Source: an uncultured Patescibacteria group bacterium
Lineage (GTDB): Bacteria > Patescibacteriota > Microgenomatia > UBA1400 > PJMF01
DNA length: 64,000 bases
Assembly (NCBI GenBank): GCA_905478415.1
Contig: CAJQIG010000004.1
Coordinates: forward strand, 11,523-75,522
Direction: 5' to 3'
Position numbers and translations under genes: made by a program. The notes below the pieces were generated by a model. It ran no database searches, was not told where the DNA came from, and saw nothing but the letters and a program-made list of their open reading frames with translations. This document shows, piece by piece, positions 1 through 10,482 of this stretch; within the stretch, counting starts at the first letter, position 1, and each line of letters starts with the position of its first letter.

Positions 1-586
1 GAGCTGGCTTCTTTGCTTTACTTTCAACAACTTCAGTTCGTTTTGCATGCTTTTCTTGAAGTTCTTTTCTCTTAAGAGCTTCTTCAGCTTCAACATCAGC
101 AATAGACTTGAGCTTAATACCTTTAAGATCTACAATTCTTTGAATTTGTTTTAAGGCTTCGAAAGTAGCATAGACACTTGAAGATTGGTTTTCAGAACCT
201 AAAATTTTACTTGAGATATCACGAACACCAGCAGCTTCAACTACTGAGCGAACTGGACCTCCAGCAATAACTCCAGAACCTTTTGGAGCTGGCTTCAACA
301 TAACTCGACCAGCACCTTTTTTAACAGTAATAGCAAAGGGGATGGTTGTTCCATTGAGTGGAACGGTAATCATCTTCTTCTTTGCTTTTTTAATGCCTTT
401 TTTGATAGCAGAAACAACATCTTTAGCTTTTCCAAGTCCAACCCCAACTTGACCTTTTCTGTCACCAACGACCATCAAAACAGAAAAACCTACATTGTTT
501 CCACCCTTGGTCTTTTTAGAGACACGAGAAATTTGAATAACTTTCTCTTCAAATTCTTTTGGTTCTTGTTGTGCGTTATTTCTCAT
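1..586 (-). CDS. rpsE: 30S ribosomal protein S5 (3' end beyond window)
   Basis: Not in ORF track; manual translation from ATG at 586: MRNNAQQEPKEFEEKVIQISRVSKKTKGG...VGVGLGKA...PAPKGSGVIAGGPVRSVVEAAGVRDI; follows rplR; open to window edge with a charged C-terminal extension. Confidence 0.95.
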   Translation of the reverse strand, partial: MRNNAQQEPKEFEEKVIQISRVSKKTKGGNNVGFSVLMVVGDRKGQVGVGLGKAKDVVSAIKKGIKKAKKKMITVPLNGTTIPFAITVKKGAGRVMLKPAPKGSGVIAGGPVRSVVEAAGVRDISSKILGSENQSSSVYATFEALKQIQRIVDLKGIKLKSIADVEAEEALKRKELQEKHAKRTEVVESKAKKPA

Positions 587-591
587 GTAAG

Positions 592-954
592 TTATACCTC
601 AATACCTTTTGCTCTTAGTGTTTCTGCGACACTACTCACTCGACCATGGTATTTATATTCTCCACGATCAAAAATAACAGCAGAAATCTTTTTCTTCTTT
701 AATGCTTTAACAAACTCGACTGTTGCTTGAACAGCTGTCTCTTTCTTCGTTCCTGGTGTAGCATCTTTTCGAATTGCTACATCATTAGCAGAAGCGATTG
801 TTACACCAGCCGCATCATCAATGGCCTGAATGTAAATATTTTTATTCGAACGTTTAATGGTAACTCTTGGACGAGCTGCAGTACCATGTAACTTCTTTCG
901 AACTCTTCGTCTTCGTTTTTCTTGAACTGTTATAGTATGTTTAATTGTTGGCAT
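592..954 (-). CDS. rplR: 50S ribosomal protein L18
   Basis: RPRVTIKRSNKNIYIQAIDD, VIFDRGEYKYHGRV; spc operon position. Confidence 0.97.
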   Translation of the reverse strand: MPTIKHTITVQEKRRRRVRKKLHGTAARPRVTIKRSNKNIYIQAIDDAAGVTIASANDVAIRKDATPGTKKETAVQATVEFVKALKKKKISAVIFDRGEYKYHGRVSSVAETLRAKGIEV

Positions 955-980
955 ATCTCTTATTCCTCAGTGCTCAAGTG

Positions 981-1517
981 CTAAGCAGCAGTCTTACCTT
1001 GTTTTCTTCGTACCACTTCATCTTCGTAACGAATTCCCTTACCTTTATAAGGTTCAGGAGGTCTGACTTTTCTAATCTCAGCTGCGACTTGACCCACTTT
1101 TTGTTTGTCAAAACCAGAAATCTGAATCGTGTCTTGTCCCTCAACTTTGAGCTCAACACCCTCAAGTGGAGTAACATCTACTGGATGAGAATAGCCAACT
1201 GAAAGTTGAATACTTTTTCCTTGAGCTTTAACTCTATATCCTGTTCCGACTAGTTTTAATGTCTTCTTATAACCTTCAGTAACACCAATAATCGAGTTGT
1301 TAATTAAACTTCTCACCAAACCATGCACTGATTTTGTGTGCTTTTCTTCATTTTTACGTGTCACCGTAACAATTTGATCAGCAACAGCAACAGCAATGCC
1401 TGTAGGAATAGCTACAGTGAGTTCTCCCTTACTGCCTTTAATGACCACAGTTTTACCAGTTACTGTAACAGTAACTCCTTGTGGTACTTCAACTGGTGTT
1501 CTTCCGATTCTTGACAT
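981..1517 (-). CDS. rplF: 50S ribosomal protein L6
   Basis: MSRIGRTP, GTGYR, RPPEPYKGKGIRY. Confidence 0.98.
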   Translation of the reverse strand: MSRIGRTPVEVPQGVTVTVTGKTVVIKGSKGELTVAIPTGIAVAVADQIVTVTRKNEEKHTKSVHGLVRSLINNSIIGVTEGYKKTLKLVGTGYRVKAQGKSIQLSVGYSHPVDVTPLEGVELKVEGQDTIQISGFDKQKVGQVAAEIRKVRPPEPYKGKGIRYEDEVVRRKQGKTAA

Positions 1518-1535
1518 ACTTTTTTTCTATTGCTT

Positions 1536-1925
1536 TTACCAAACTTGACAGAGTAATTCACCACCGACATTTGCTTTACGAGCGTCAGTGTCTGTCATCA
1601 CGCCCTTACTTGTCGAAATAATAGTTAGTCCATAGCCACCTAAAGTCTTTGGAACTGTTCCGGCTGGAGAGTAGACTCTACGACCTGGCTTTGAAAGCCG
1701 TTTCACATCATTAATAGCTGGTTGTCTACCAATATACTTAAGAGTAACTACTAACTTATTAAATGGTTTTTCTTCTTTAACCTCGAATGAAGAGATATAC
1801 CCTTCACTGACTAAGATGTCAGCAATGGACTTCTTCATTCTAGAGAACGGAGCCTCAACGACAGTTTTACGTGCCATGTGAGCGTTCTTGATTCTGATGA
1901 TAAAATCTGCTATTGGATCAGTCAT
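1536..1925 (-). CDS. rpsH: 30S ribosomal protein S8
   Basis: MTDPIADFIIRIKNA, SKPGRRVY, STSKGVMTD, GGELL. Confidence 0.98.
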   Translation of the reverse strand: MTDPIADFIIRIKNAHMARKTVVEAPFSRMKKSIADILVSEGYISSFEVKEEKPFNKLVVTLKYIGRQPAINDVKRLSKPGRRVYSPAGTVPKTLGGYGLTIISTSKGVMTDTDARKANVGGELLCQVW

Positions 1926-1933
1926 AACTCACT

Positions 1934-2164
1934 TTACTTACTGGATTTAACTACTCCAGGTAATTCCCCTTTTAATGCTAATTCTCTAAAGGTAAGACGG
2001 CTCAAACCAAAGAAACGCATAAACGCCTTTGGACGACCGGTCACCTTACAACGGTTGACACCTCGTGTTGAAAACTTGTTTTCTTTCCTAACACCAGCTG
2101 CCTCGTAGGCGTTCCGCTTTGCTAGTAACTTCTTAGATTTTGCAATCTTCGATTTTTTTGCCAT
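1934..2164 (-). CDS. rpsN: 30S ribosomal protein S14 (Zn ribbon lost)
   Basis: [35 protein letters not shown]. Confidence 0.96.
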   Translation of the reverse strand: MAKKSKIAKSKKLLAKRNAYEAAGVRKENKFSTRGVNRCKVTGRPKAFMRFFGLSRLTFRELALKGELPGVVKSSK

Positions 2165-2176
2165 GTAGCAATTCCT

Positions 2177-2737
2177 TTACTTACTTTCTTCTTTTTCGAA
2201 TGGCATTCCGAGTAATTCAAATAATCTGAATGCCTGTTCATCGACTTTTGTTGAGGTTACAAAATTAACCTGCAAACTTCTAATTCGCTCAATGGTATCG
2301 TAATTAATCTCTGGGAAGATTATCTGTTCTTCCAAACCAAGATTGTAGTTCCCTTGTCCATCAAATGCAACTCGAGAAACGCCTCTAAAATCTTTTACAC
2401 GTGGGAGTGCAATGGTAATTAACTTTGTTAAAAAGTCCCACATTCTAGCTCCTCTAAGAGTTACCATAACTCCCATTGGGTCACCTTCTCGTAACTTAAA
2501 GCCTGCAATTGACTTTGTTGCCAAAGTTACTTGAGGTTTTTGTCCAGAAATAATTTCAAACTGAGTTACAATGTTTTCGATTACCTGTTTTCGAGCTCTA
2601 GGATCTTGAGGATCAGAGACACCAATATTTAATACAATTTTTTGAAGCTTAGGAGCTGCAAATGCATTATCTATCTTAAACTCTTTGGTAAGTTTTGGTA
2701 GAATTTCTGCTTGGTAGAATGCTTTCAAATTTGACAT
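2177..2737 (-). CDS. rplE: 50S ribosomal protein L5
   Basis: PKLQKIVLNIG, GQKP, GFKLREG, LPRVKDFRG, FDGQGNY. Confidence 0.98.
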   Translation of the reverse strand: MSNLKAFYQAEILPKLTKEFKIDNAFAAPKLQKIVLNIGVSDPQDPRARKQVIENIVTQFEIISGQKPQVTLATKSIAGFKLREGDPMGVMVTLRGARMWDFLTKLITIALPRVKDFRGVSRVAFDGQGNYNLGLEEQIIFPEINYDTIERIRSLQVNFVTSTKVDEQAFRLFELLGMPFEKEESK

Positions 2738-2746
2738 ATCAATCTC

Positions 2747-3076
2747 TTATTTCTTAGCTTCTGTTTTTGGTTCTGGAATTATTGTCCCAGTTTTCTTAAA
2801 GACACGAGTCTTAGAACCATCTTTAGCTACCTTGTAACCAACTCTATCTACGCTGCCTTTATCATTCACAACTGCAACTTTAGCAGTTGAAAGTGGACGT
2901 TCAACACTAATCTTGTCACCAGCTCGACCACCTTGAGGACGAATGTGCTTTACATACATGTTAGCACCTTCAACCACAACGGTATCTTTTTTAGGAATAA
3001 CTCGTACGATCGTACTAACTTTTCCATTATCTTTTCCGCTGGTTACTTTGACTTTGTCGCCGACTTTAAATTTCAT
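2747..3076 (-). CDS. rplX: 50S ribosomal protein L24
   Basis: KVGDKVKVTSGKDNGK KOW motif; ATG at 3076 preferred over the upstream alternative start. Confidence 0.96.
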   Translation of the reverse strand: MKFKVGDKVKVTSGKDNGKVSTIVRVIPKKDTVVVEGANMYVKHIRPQGGRAGDKISVERPLSTAKVAVVNDKGSVDRVGYKVAKDGSKTRVFKKTGTIIPEPKTEAKK

Positions 3077-3091
3077 AATCAATAATTCCGT

Positions 3092-3466
3092 TTATAAGAC
3101 TTCAGGTGCTAAACTAGCAATTTTACTAAAACCTTTATCTTTAATCTCGCGAGCAATAGGTCCGAAGACACGAGTGCCAATAGGCGCATTACTTTTTCTC
3201 GACTCAATTATAACTGCTGCATTGTCATCGAAACGGACATACTCTCCAGTTGGACGACGAGTCTCTTTTCGAGTTCTAACAATAACTGCTTTTACCTTTT
3301 CTCCTTTTTTGACAGTACCATTGGCATCAGCTTGAATAACTGAAGCAGCAACGATATCACCAACGTATCCAAATCTTCGTCGTGATCCACCGTGGACCTG
3401 AATGACGCGAAGTCTTTTGGCACCACTATTATCAGCAACTTGTAACACACTTCTCAGTTGAATCAT
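3092..3466 (-). CDS. rplN: 50S ribosomal protein L14
   Basis: [34 protein letters not shown]. Confidence 0.98.
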   Translation of the reverse strand: MIQLRSVLQVADNSGAKRLRVIQVHGGSRRRFGYVGDIVAASVIQADANGTVKKGEKVKAVIVRTRKETRRPTGEYVRFDDNAAVIIESRKSNAPIGTRVFGPIAREIKDKGFSKIASLAPEVL

Positions 3467-3474
3467 GATGGCTC

Positions 3475-3708
3475 CTACTTCTGTACTTTCGCAATAATTT
3501 TAAATCGTTTGGTTTTACTGATTGGCACACAGCCAACAATCTCTACAGTATCACCTTCAGCTATCTCAATACCCTCATAGTGACAGGCATAGGTTTTGTT
3601 ACTACGTACAGATTTACCATAGAGTGGGTGTTGCCACATACGCTCTACACTAACTTGTGCAGTCTTCTCAGTTTTGACTGATGTAACTATTCCTTGTGTA
3701 CTTTTCAT
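3475..3708 (-). CDS. rpsQ: 30S ribosomal protein S17
   Basis: [25 protein letters not shown]. Confidence 0.97.
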   Translation of the reverse strand: MKSTQGIVTSVKTEKTAQVSVERMWQHPLYGKSVRSNKTYACHYEGIEIAEGDTVEIVGCVPISKTKRFKIIAKVQK

Positions 3709-3724
3709 TGTATATATACCTCTC

Positions 3725-3928
3725 TTACGCAGTTTCGAGTTCTTTTTTTCTTAGTATAGTTTTGATACGAGCCACATCATCTGCAATTAATACAATATGT
3801 GTGTTAGCTCTTCGGCCAGCTTTTTTCTCGAGCCGAGCTCGAGCTAATTCTTTAGTAAGATCAGTGAGCTGGGCTTGCAACTCAGCAACTGTCTTATCAT
3901 GTAGTGCTCTAATATCATTCTGTTTCAT
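3725..3928 (-). CDS. rpmC: 50S ribosomal protein L29
   Basis: Size, helical pattern, DVARIKTILR; between rplP and rpsQ. Confidence 0.93.
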   Translation of the reverse strand: MKQNDIRALHDKTVAELQAQLTDLTKELARARLEKKAGRRANTHIVLIADDVARIKTILRKKELETA

Positions 3929-3932
3929 AGTA

Positions 3933-4337
3933 CTATTTCTTTATAACCGTGGTTTGTACTGACAACTTATGAGCTGCTTTTCGAAATGCTTCTCGTGCCA
4001 CTTCTTCGCTCACACCACCGAGTTCGAAAAGAACCATTCCTGGTCTTACAACTGCTACATGTGAATGCACAGCACCCTTTCCTGAACCCATTTTTACTCC
4101 AACTGGTTTTCCTGTAATCGGCTTGTGTGGAAATACTCTAATCCAATACTTTCCACTTCTTTTTGTCATAAAGGTAATTTTTTTACGAGCTGCTTCGATC
4201 TGTCGAGAATCAACCCATCCTGAAGTCGTTGCCTTTAAACCATAGTCACCAAAAGCCACTTCAGTTCCTCGTGAAGCTACGCCTCGACGTTTACCTCTAA
4301 ACTCTTTTCTGTATTTGCTTTTCTTTGGCTGTAACAT
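3933..4337 (-). CDS. rplP: 50S ribosomal protein L16
   Basis: MLQPKKSKYRKEFRG, QIEAAR, WIRVFP, MGSGKG. Confidence 0.98.
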   Translation of the reverse strand: MLQPKKSKYRKEFRGKRRGVASRGTEVAFGDYGLKATTSGWVDSRQIEAARKKITFMTKRSGKYWIRVFPHKPITGKPVGVKMGSGKGAVHSHVAVVRPGMVLFELGGVSEEVAREAFRKAAHKLSVQTTVIKK

Positions 4338-4363
4338 ACCTTAGTTTCCGTAAGAAAAAGTTC

Positions 4364-5014
4364 TTAAACAACTTCTCCCTTGTTAATCCATACCTTAATT
4401 CCTACATACCCCGAGCGAGTCGCAGCAGGGACTTGGAAGTAATCAATGTTAGCTCGAATAGTCTGAGTAGGAACACTTCCTTCAAAGTACTTTTCGGTTC
4501 TTCCGATTTCAGCTCCACCAATTCTTCCAGAAAGAGCAATTTTTACTCCTTTTGCACCAGCTTGCATTACTTTTTCGAGTGCTTGTTTGACTGCACGTCG
4601 ATGTGGGTAACGCTTCATCAATTGATTGACAATTCTCTCTGCAACCAACTTAGCACTTAAATCTGGCTTTTTAACTTCTTCAACGCGTAAATCAATTTTG
4701 ACTTTGTCTTTCTTCAACTTAGAAACATTGAGAATTCTCTCAACTTTTTTCTTAACTAATTCAAGATTTGATCCACCTTTTCCAATTACAACACCGGGAC
4801 GGGAGACATAGAGGATCACTTTGATGGCTGTTAATGAACGTTCAATATCAATTTGAACGAGTCCTGCACTCTCAAGTTTTCTATTGAGGTACTTGCGCAG
4901 CTTGTGGTCTTCAACAACTCTATCTGAGTAGTCAGCTTTACCTGCAAACCAACGGGATTTCCAGGTGAAGGTACTTCCCAATCTAAAGCCAGTCGGATTT
5001 ACTTTTTGTCCCAT
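4364..5014 (-). CDS. rpsC: 30S ribosomal protein S3
   Basis: MGQKVNPTGFRLG, RPGVVIGKGG, SGRIGGAEIGR. Confidence 0.98.
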   Translation of the reverse strand: MGQKVNPTGFRLGSTFTWKSRWFAGKADYSDRVVEDHKLRKYLNRKLESAGLVQIDIERSLTAIKVILYVSRPGVVIGKGGSNLELVKKKVERILNVSKLKKDKVKIDLRVEEVKKPDLSAKLVAERIVNQLMKRYPHRRAVKQALEKVMQAGAKGVKIALSGRIGGAEIGRTEKYFEGSVPTQTIRANIDYFQVPAATRSGYVGIKVWINKGEVV

Positions 5015-5091
5015 ATCTTATATTTTTCCGTTATTGTTACTGTCGGAAACTAGTATTTTACTACAAATCTCCACTTTTTACTTGACCAATT

Positions 5092-5589
5092 TTACTTTTT
5101 ACTTGCCTTTTTAGCTGTTGCTGTCTTTTTGACAGTGCTTTTCTTTGGGCTTGCTGCTTTTTTACTCACTTTTTCTGTTTTCTTTTCTATAGCTACTTTT
5201 GATTCTGAAGCTGTAGTTTTAGTTTTTTTTGGAGCTGCTTCTTCCTTCTTTGGCTCTGCACCTGCCTCGAGTTCAACCGTGACATGGCACGTACGCTTAA
5301 TGATTCGATGTGCACGACCTCGGCTCACTGCTCTGAATCGTTTGTAGCTTGGACCACCAGTAACCAAAATATTGACTAACTCTAGTTGATCAAAAGTGTA
5401 CCCATGATTATGAGTAGCATTTGCAATAGCTTGTCTAACCACTTTAAGAATCACTAGTGTTGATTTTCTTTCAATAACACTCAATTGCTTAATTGCGTCT
5501 TCAAGCTTCATACCTTTAACGGCATTAGCTACCAAACGCACTTTTCGTGGTGTTTGTCGGCTGTTTGTCTGAGTTGCTGTAATACGCAT
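5092..5589 (-). CDS. rplV: 50S ribosomal protein L22 with Lys-rich C-terminal tail
   Basis: TPRKVRLVAN, AIANATHN, RGRAHRIIKRTCHVTV. Confidence 0.97.
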   Translation of the reverse strand: MRITATQTNSRQTPRKVRLVANAVKGMKLEDAIKQLSVIERKSTLVILKVVRQAIANATHNHGYTFDQLELVNILVTGGPSYKRFRAVSRGRAHRIIKRTCHVTVELEAGAEPKKEEAAPKKTKTTASESKVAIEKKTEKVSKKAASPKKSTVKKTATAKKASKK

Positions 5590-5622
5590 ACTAATTGTTT
5601 TTCTACTTTCTCTTCTAATGCT

Positions 5623-5907
5623 TTAGGTCTTAGCCAGAACGCGTTTAACGATCTTACCATGTCCTCTAAAGTTTCTTGTTGGAGCAAACTCACCGAGTTT
5701 GTGACCAACCATAGCTTCAGAAATAAATACTTCTATGAAACTTTTTCCCTGATGAATTAAAAAAGTGTGACCAACAAAATCAGGAGAAACAGTACAAGCT
5801 CTACTCCAGGTTTTAATAGGAGTCTTGTCACCTGATGCTTTTTGAGCCATTACTTTCTTTAAAAGCTTTGGGTCAATAAATGGTCCTTTATTACTTGATC
5901 TAGACAT
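5623..5907 (-). CDS. rpsS: 30S ribosomal protein S19
   Basis: [28 protein letters not shown]. Confidence 0.98.
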   Translation of the reverse strand: MSRSSNKGPFIDPKLLKKVMAQKASGDKTPIKTWSRACTVSPDFVGHTFLIHQGKSFIEVFISEAMVGHKLGEFAPTRNFRGHGKIVKRVLAKT

Positions 5908-5963
5908 ATTTTTTTCTTGTTGATTCTATCGATATCGATATATTTTAACAATCCTTTTTACTT

Positions 5964-6797
5964 TTATTTAACTCTTCTATCTCTTACAATCCATTTGTTA
6001 CTGCGATGCTTCTTAGCTCGAGTCTTCTTACCAAGTGCATGCTTACCCCATGGAGTCTTTGGATACTTCATACCAACTCCCGAACGACCTTCACCACCAC
6101 CATGTGGATGTGAGCCTGGATGTTGAGCAGTACCTCTAACTGTAGGCCTAATTCCCATTAAACGCTTACGACCAGCTTTACCAATTTTACGATTCTTCCA
6201 TTCTGCATTTCCAACTTCACCAATAGTAGCTAAACAATCAGCATGAATTAAACGAAGTTCTTTTGAAGGTAGTTGGATAGTAACATACTTACCTTCTTTA
6301 GCTGAAATAACAGCTGATGTGCCAGCTCCACGAGCTAATTGGGCACCTTTGCCAGCTCTCATCTCAATATTATGAACGAACATACCTACTGGAATATTTT
6401 TAAGAGGAAGTGCATTACCAACTTTAGCTTCTGCAGTTTCTCCCGAGAGTAGAATATCTCCTACAGCAATACCTTCAGGAGCAATAATGTATGCTTTATC
6501 ACCATCTGGGTAATACAATAGTGCTAAGTGAGCACTGCGCATTGGATCATACTCTAAACGCTTAACTGTAGCTGGAATACCGAATTTACTTCGCTTCCAA
6601 TCAATAATACGCATTTTTTTCTTAACACCACTACCTCGGTGACGAACAGTAATACGGCCCTTATATCCTCGGCCTTGTCTCTTTTTGTGACCAGAAGCTA
6701 AGAGTGATTTTTCTGGGGCACCAGAATGAAGTTCACTTCTATCAATTACTACTTGATGTCTTCTGGCAGCGCTGGTTGGTTTTCGTTTGATTAACAT
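5964..6797 (-). CDS. rplB: 50S ribosomal protein L2
   Basis: [33 protein letters not shown]. Confidence 0.98.
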   Translation of the reverse strand: MLIKRKPTSAARRHQVVIDRSELHSGAPEKSLLASGHKKRQGRGYKGRITVRHRGSGVKKKMRIIDWKRSKFGIPATVKRLEYDPMRSAHLALLYYPDGDKAYIIAPEGIAVGDILLSGETAEAKVGNALPLKNIPVGMFVHNIEMRAGKGAQLARGAGTSAVISAKEGKYVTIQLPSKELRLIHADCLATIGEVGNAEWKNRKIGKAGRKRLMGIRPTVRGTAQHPGSHPHGGGEGRSGVGMKYPKTPWGKHALGKKTRAKKHRSNKWIVRDRRVK

Positions 6798-6810
6798 TTC
6801 TCTTCAATCC

Positions 6811-7116
6811 TTACTCTGCGGTACTTTCTGAAATATCAAATAAATTGATTTCATCACCTGGTTTAAGAGTGACGAGAGCCTTTTTGACTTTTCCAGCAGA
6901 AGTGAGTAAACGTCGTTTGCCAGTTTTCTTTACTTCTGGTTGATTTGTAACTGTGCGAACTCGAACAACTTTTACTGGGAACAGTTCTTCAATAGCTTCG
7001 CTAATTTGATGCTTATTTGCACTGCGACTTACCTGAAAAGTATACGTATTTTTCTTATTTGCCAATGAAAGTGACTTTTCAGTGATGATTGGTTTAACAA
7101 TTGTATATGCGTTCAT
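6811..7116 (-). CDS. rplW: 50S ribosomal protein L23
   Basis: PIITEKS, YTFQV, ANKHQI, KKALVTL. Confidence 0.97.
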   Translation of the reverse strand: MNAYTIVKPIITEKSLSLANKKNTYTFQVSRSANKHQISEAIEELFPVKVVRVRTVTNQPEVKKTGKRRLLTSAGKVKKALVTLKPGDEINLFDISESTAE

Positions 7117-7119
7117 ATC

Positions 7120-7836
7120 TTACTCACTCTTCTTTGCTGTCTTAGTTTTCTTAGGAGCAGATTTTTTTGTAGTTGTAGCGGCTTTCTTAACTGGAGCCTT
7201 TACTGCTACTTCTTCTGCAGGTAATAATCGAGCTTCTAGAACCTTTACAGCTCCTGAAGTCATAATTACTTTGTTGACTCCGGCAATGTGATAGGCATTA
7301 ATGAGATCAGCAGTGAGCGTTGAAATATTTTGAATATTAGAGAGTGCTCGTTCCACTTTTTCGTTTCGAGCTTCTAGAACAACTAATACTTTTCTAGAGG
7401 TTGTTAAGACTGACTCTAAAAGAGTAACTGCTTCTTTTGTTTTTCCAGAAAGATCGTGTAATCCGTCAACAATTATAGTGTTTTCTGCTTGTGCACTTAA
7501 TGCTGAAAGGAGTGCCTTTGCTTTCATCTTACGAGAAAGGTTGCGACTCCAGTTTTCAAGTCCGGTTGGACCATGAGCAACACCACCACCTACAAAAATT
7601 GGAGCACTTTTAGCACCGTGACGAGCATTACCCGTACCTTTTTGCTTATACACTTTTCTCTTAGTTAGATTGACTTCTGATCTACCTTTAACTTTACTTG
7701 TTCCTTGACGTTTGTTAGACATGTAGACACGAATTGCCTGAGCCAAAAGAACATCATTAACTTTTGCACTAAACAGACCATCGTGAGCTGTCACAGAACC
7801 AGTTTTCCCAGTAGAAGTTATGCTTGCTAATTTCAT
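7120..7836 (-). CDS. rplD: 50S ribosomal protein L4 with Lys-rich tail
   Basis: RQGT, QKGTGNARHG, GGGVAHGP. Confidence 0.97.
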   Translation of the reverse strand: MKLASITSTGKTGSVTAHDGLFSAKVNDVLLAQAIRVYMSNKRQGTSKVKGRSEVNLTKRKVYKQKGTGNARHGAKSAPIFVGGGVAHGPTGLENWSRNLSRKMKAKALLSALSAQAENTIIVDGLHDLSGKTKEAVTLLESVLTTSRKVLVVLEARNEKVERALSNIQNISTLTADLINAYHIAGVNKVIMTSGAVKVLEARLLPAEEVAVKAPVKKAATTTKKSAPKKTKTAKKSE

Positions 7837-7839
7837 ACG

Positions 7840-8601
7840 TTAGGCTTCGCTTTCTGTAGTTTCTTGGGTTGCTTCAGCTTCTACAACTTCTTGTGGAAGA
7901 CTTGAAGCCTCTCTGTCAATTTCAATTTTTTTACTATGACCGGTTTTACTGATCTTAAGATCAGTCATAATTGATCCAGGAACTGGACCACTTAACCAAA
8001 CTTCACCAGTTTTTTCATCAATGTGAATCACAACTAAACCAGTAACTGTCTTAGCAACGTTACCATAATGACCTGGCATCTTTTTTCCTGGCCATACACG
8101 ACCTGGAGTAGTACCAGCACCAATAGAACCAACGGCTCGATGACGGTCAGATTGACCATGAGTCTTTGGACCACCATGGAATCCCCAACGCTTCACAGCA
8201 CCAGCAAATCCACGACCTTTACTAAAGCCTTGAACATTAACAATGTCACCAAGTTCTAAAACTTGATCAATGGTAAGAGTATCACCAATATTGTAATTTT
8301 CTGCATTTTCAAAAACGCGAATACCGCGGATAGTTCGCACACCTTTAGAAAAACCACCTTTCTCTAATCGAGTTTTAAGTGGCTTACTCATGTTTTTTAG
8401 TTTTTTTGTACCAAAACCTACTTCGAGGATAGTACAAGGGAGGGTGTCGCGCTTAGTTGAGTGTTTGTCGAGAACTTTAATTTCAGTCTTACCGACAATT
8501 GCATTAGAACCGACCTTGACTCGAGTTACAGCTAATCGCTTGCCGCTCTTTGTCCAGGCTTGTGTCATTCCGAGTTTGGTCACAAAAATATCTGTCAACA
8601 T
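7840..8601 (-). CDS. rplC: 50S ribosomal protein L3
   Basis: KLGMTQ, SKGRGFAG, GSIGAGTTPGRVWPGKKMPG. Confidence 0.97.
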   Translation of the reverse strand: MLTDIFVTKLGMTQAWTKSGKRLAVTRVKVGSNAIVGKTEIKVLDKHSTKRDTLPCTILEVGFGTKKLKNMSKPLKTRLEKGGFSKGVRTIRGIRVFENAENYNIGDTLTIDQVLELGDIVNVQGFSKGRGFAGAVKRWGFHGGPKTHGQSDRHRAVGSIGAGTTPGRVWPGKKMPGHYGNVAKTVTGLVVIHIDEKTGEVWLSGPVPGSIMTDLKISKTGHSKKIEIDREASSLPQEVVEAEATQETTESEA

Positions 8602-8715
8602 AGCAATATATTTCTAATAATCTTCTTTTTCTAACTAAGTTAGGGCTCTCTTGATGTTTAAACAGAGCATCTCCTTTTTCTGCCTCAATACTTTGAGGCC
8701 AATACTATACCGTCA

Positions 8716-9042
8716 CTACATCTTGATCTGAATTGAAACACCAGCCGGTAATTCAAGATGCATGAGTGAATCGATTGTTTTACTTGTTGGGTTCACAATA
8801 TCGATTAATCTCTTGTGTGTTTTAATGTGATAGTGTTCTTGAGCGTTTTTATCAGAATGGGGAGACACCAGGATTGCGAACTCACGCTTGTGAGTTGGCA
8901 ATGGAACTGGACCAACTACCTTGGCACCTGTTGAAAGAGCAGTTTCAAGTATCTTCCGACTTGCTGTGTCGATGACACGATGATCGTAAGACTTAAGTCT
9001 AACTCTAATCTTATATGTAGCTTGTGTAGTTTGTTTTACCAT
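8716..9042 (-). CDS. rpsJ: 30S ribosomal protein S10
   Basis: [29 protein letters not shown]. Confidence 0.98.
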   Translation of the reverse strand: MVKQTTQATYKIRVRLKSYDHRVIDTASRKILETALSTGAKVVGPVPLPTHKREFAILVSPHSDKNAQEHYHIKTHKRLIDIVNPTSKTIDSLMHLELPAGVSIQIKM

Positions 9043-9106
9043 ACTGTTAAAGAATTTCTACTTACTAACCTCTATTTTCTTCCATGGGATTTAACCATAG
9101 GTCGAA

Positions 9107-9135
9107 ATTATACAATACTATTCTCAAGAAGTAAA
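9107..9135 (-). promoter_or_regulatory. Putative sigma70 promoter of the S10 operon
   Basis: Minus strand TTTACT-17 nt-TATAAT upstream of rpsJ. Confidence 0.5.
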
Positions 9136-9193
9136 CCCCGCTTTTCGATTCAAAAAGCGGGGTTTACCTCCCATTTCCAAATGGAAATGGGAG
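9131..9193 (-). terminator. Tandem hairpins / terminator after tuf
   Basis: Perfect inverted repeats GTAAACCCCGCTTTT/AAAAGCGGGGTTTAC (9131-9167) and CTCCCATTTCCA/TGGAAATGGGAG (9168-9193) just after the tuf stop. Confidence 0.75.
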
Positions 9194-9205
9194 AGTAAAT
9201 TTCAC

Positions 9206-10402
<1,197 letters not shown>

Positions 10403-10482
10403 ATTTTTTCCTCCTAATTTTTTATATATAACTCTTACTAGCGAGTTACTATTCTACTACTTTTTATTCAATACTGCTACTA

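Noticed and set aside
9131-9193. MITE/REP element
   Set aside because: No second copy noticed in the window; position after tuf fits a terminator or stability hairpin.
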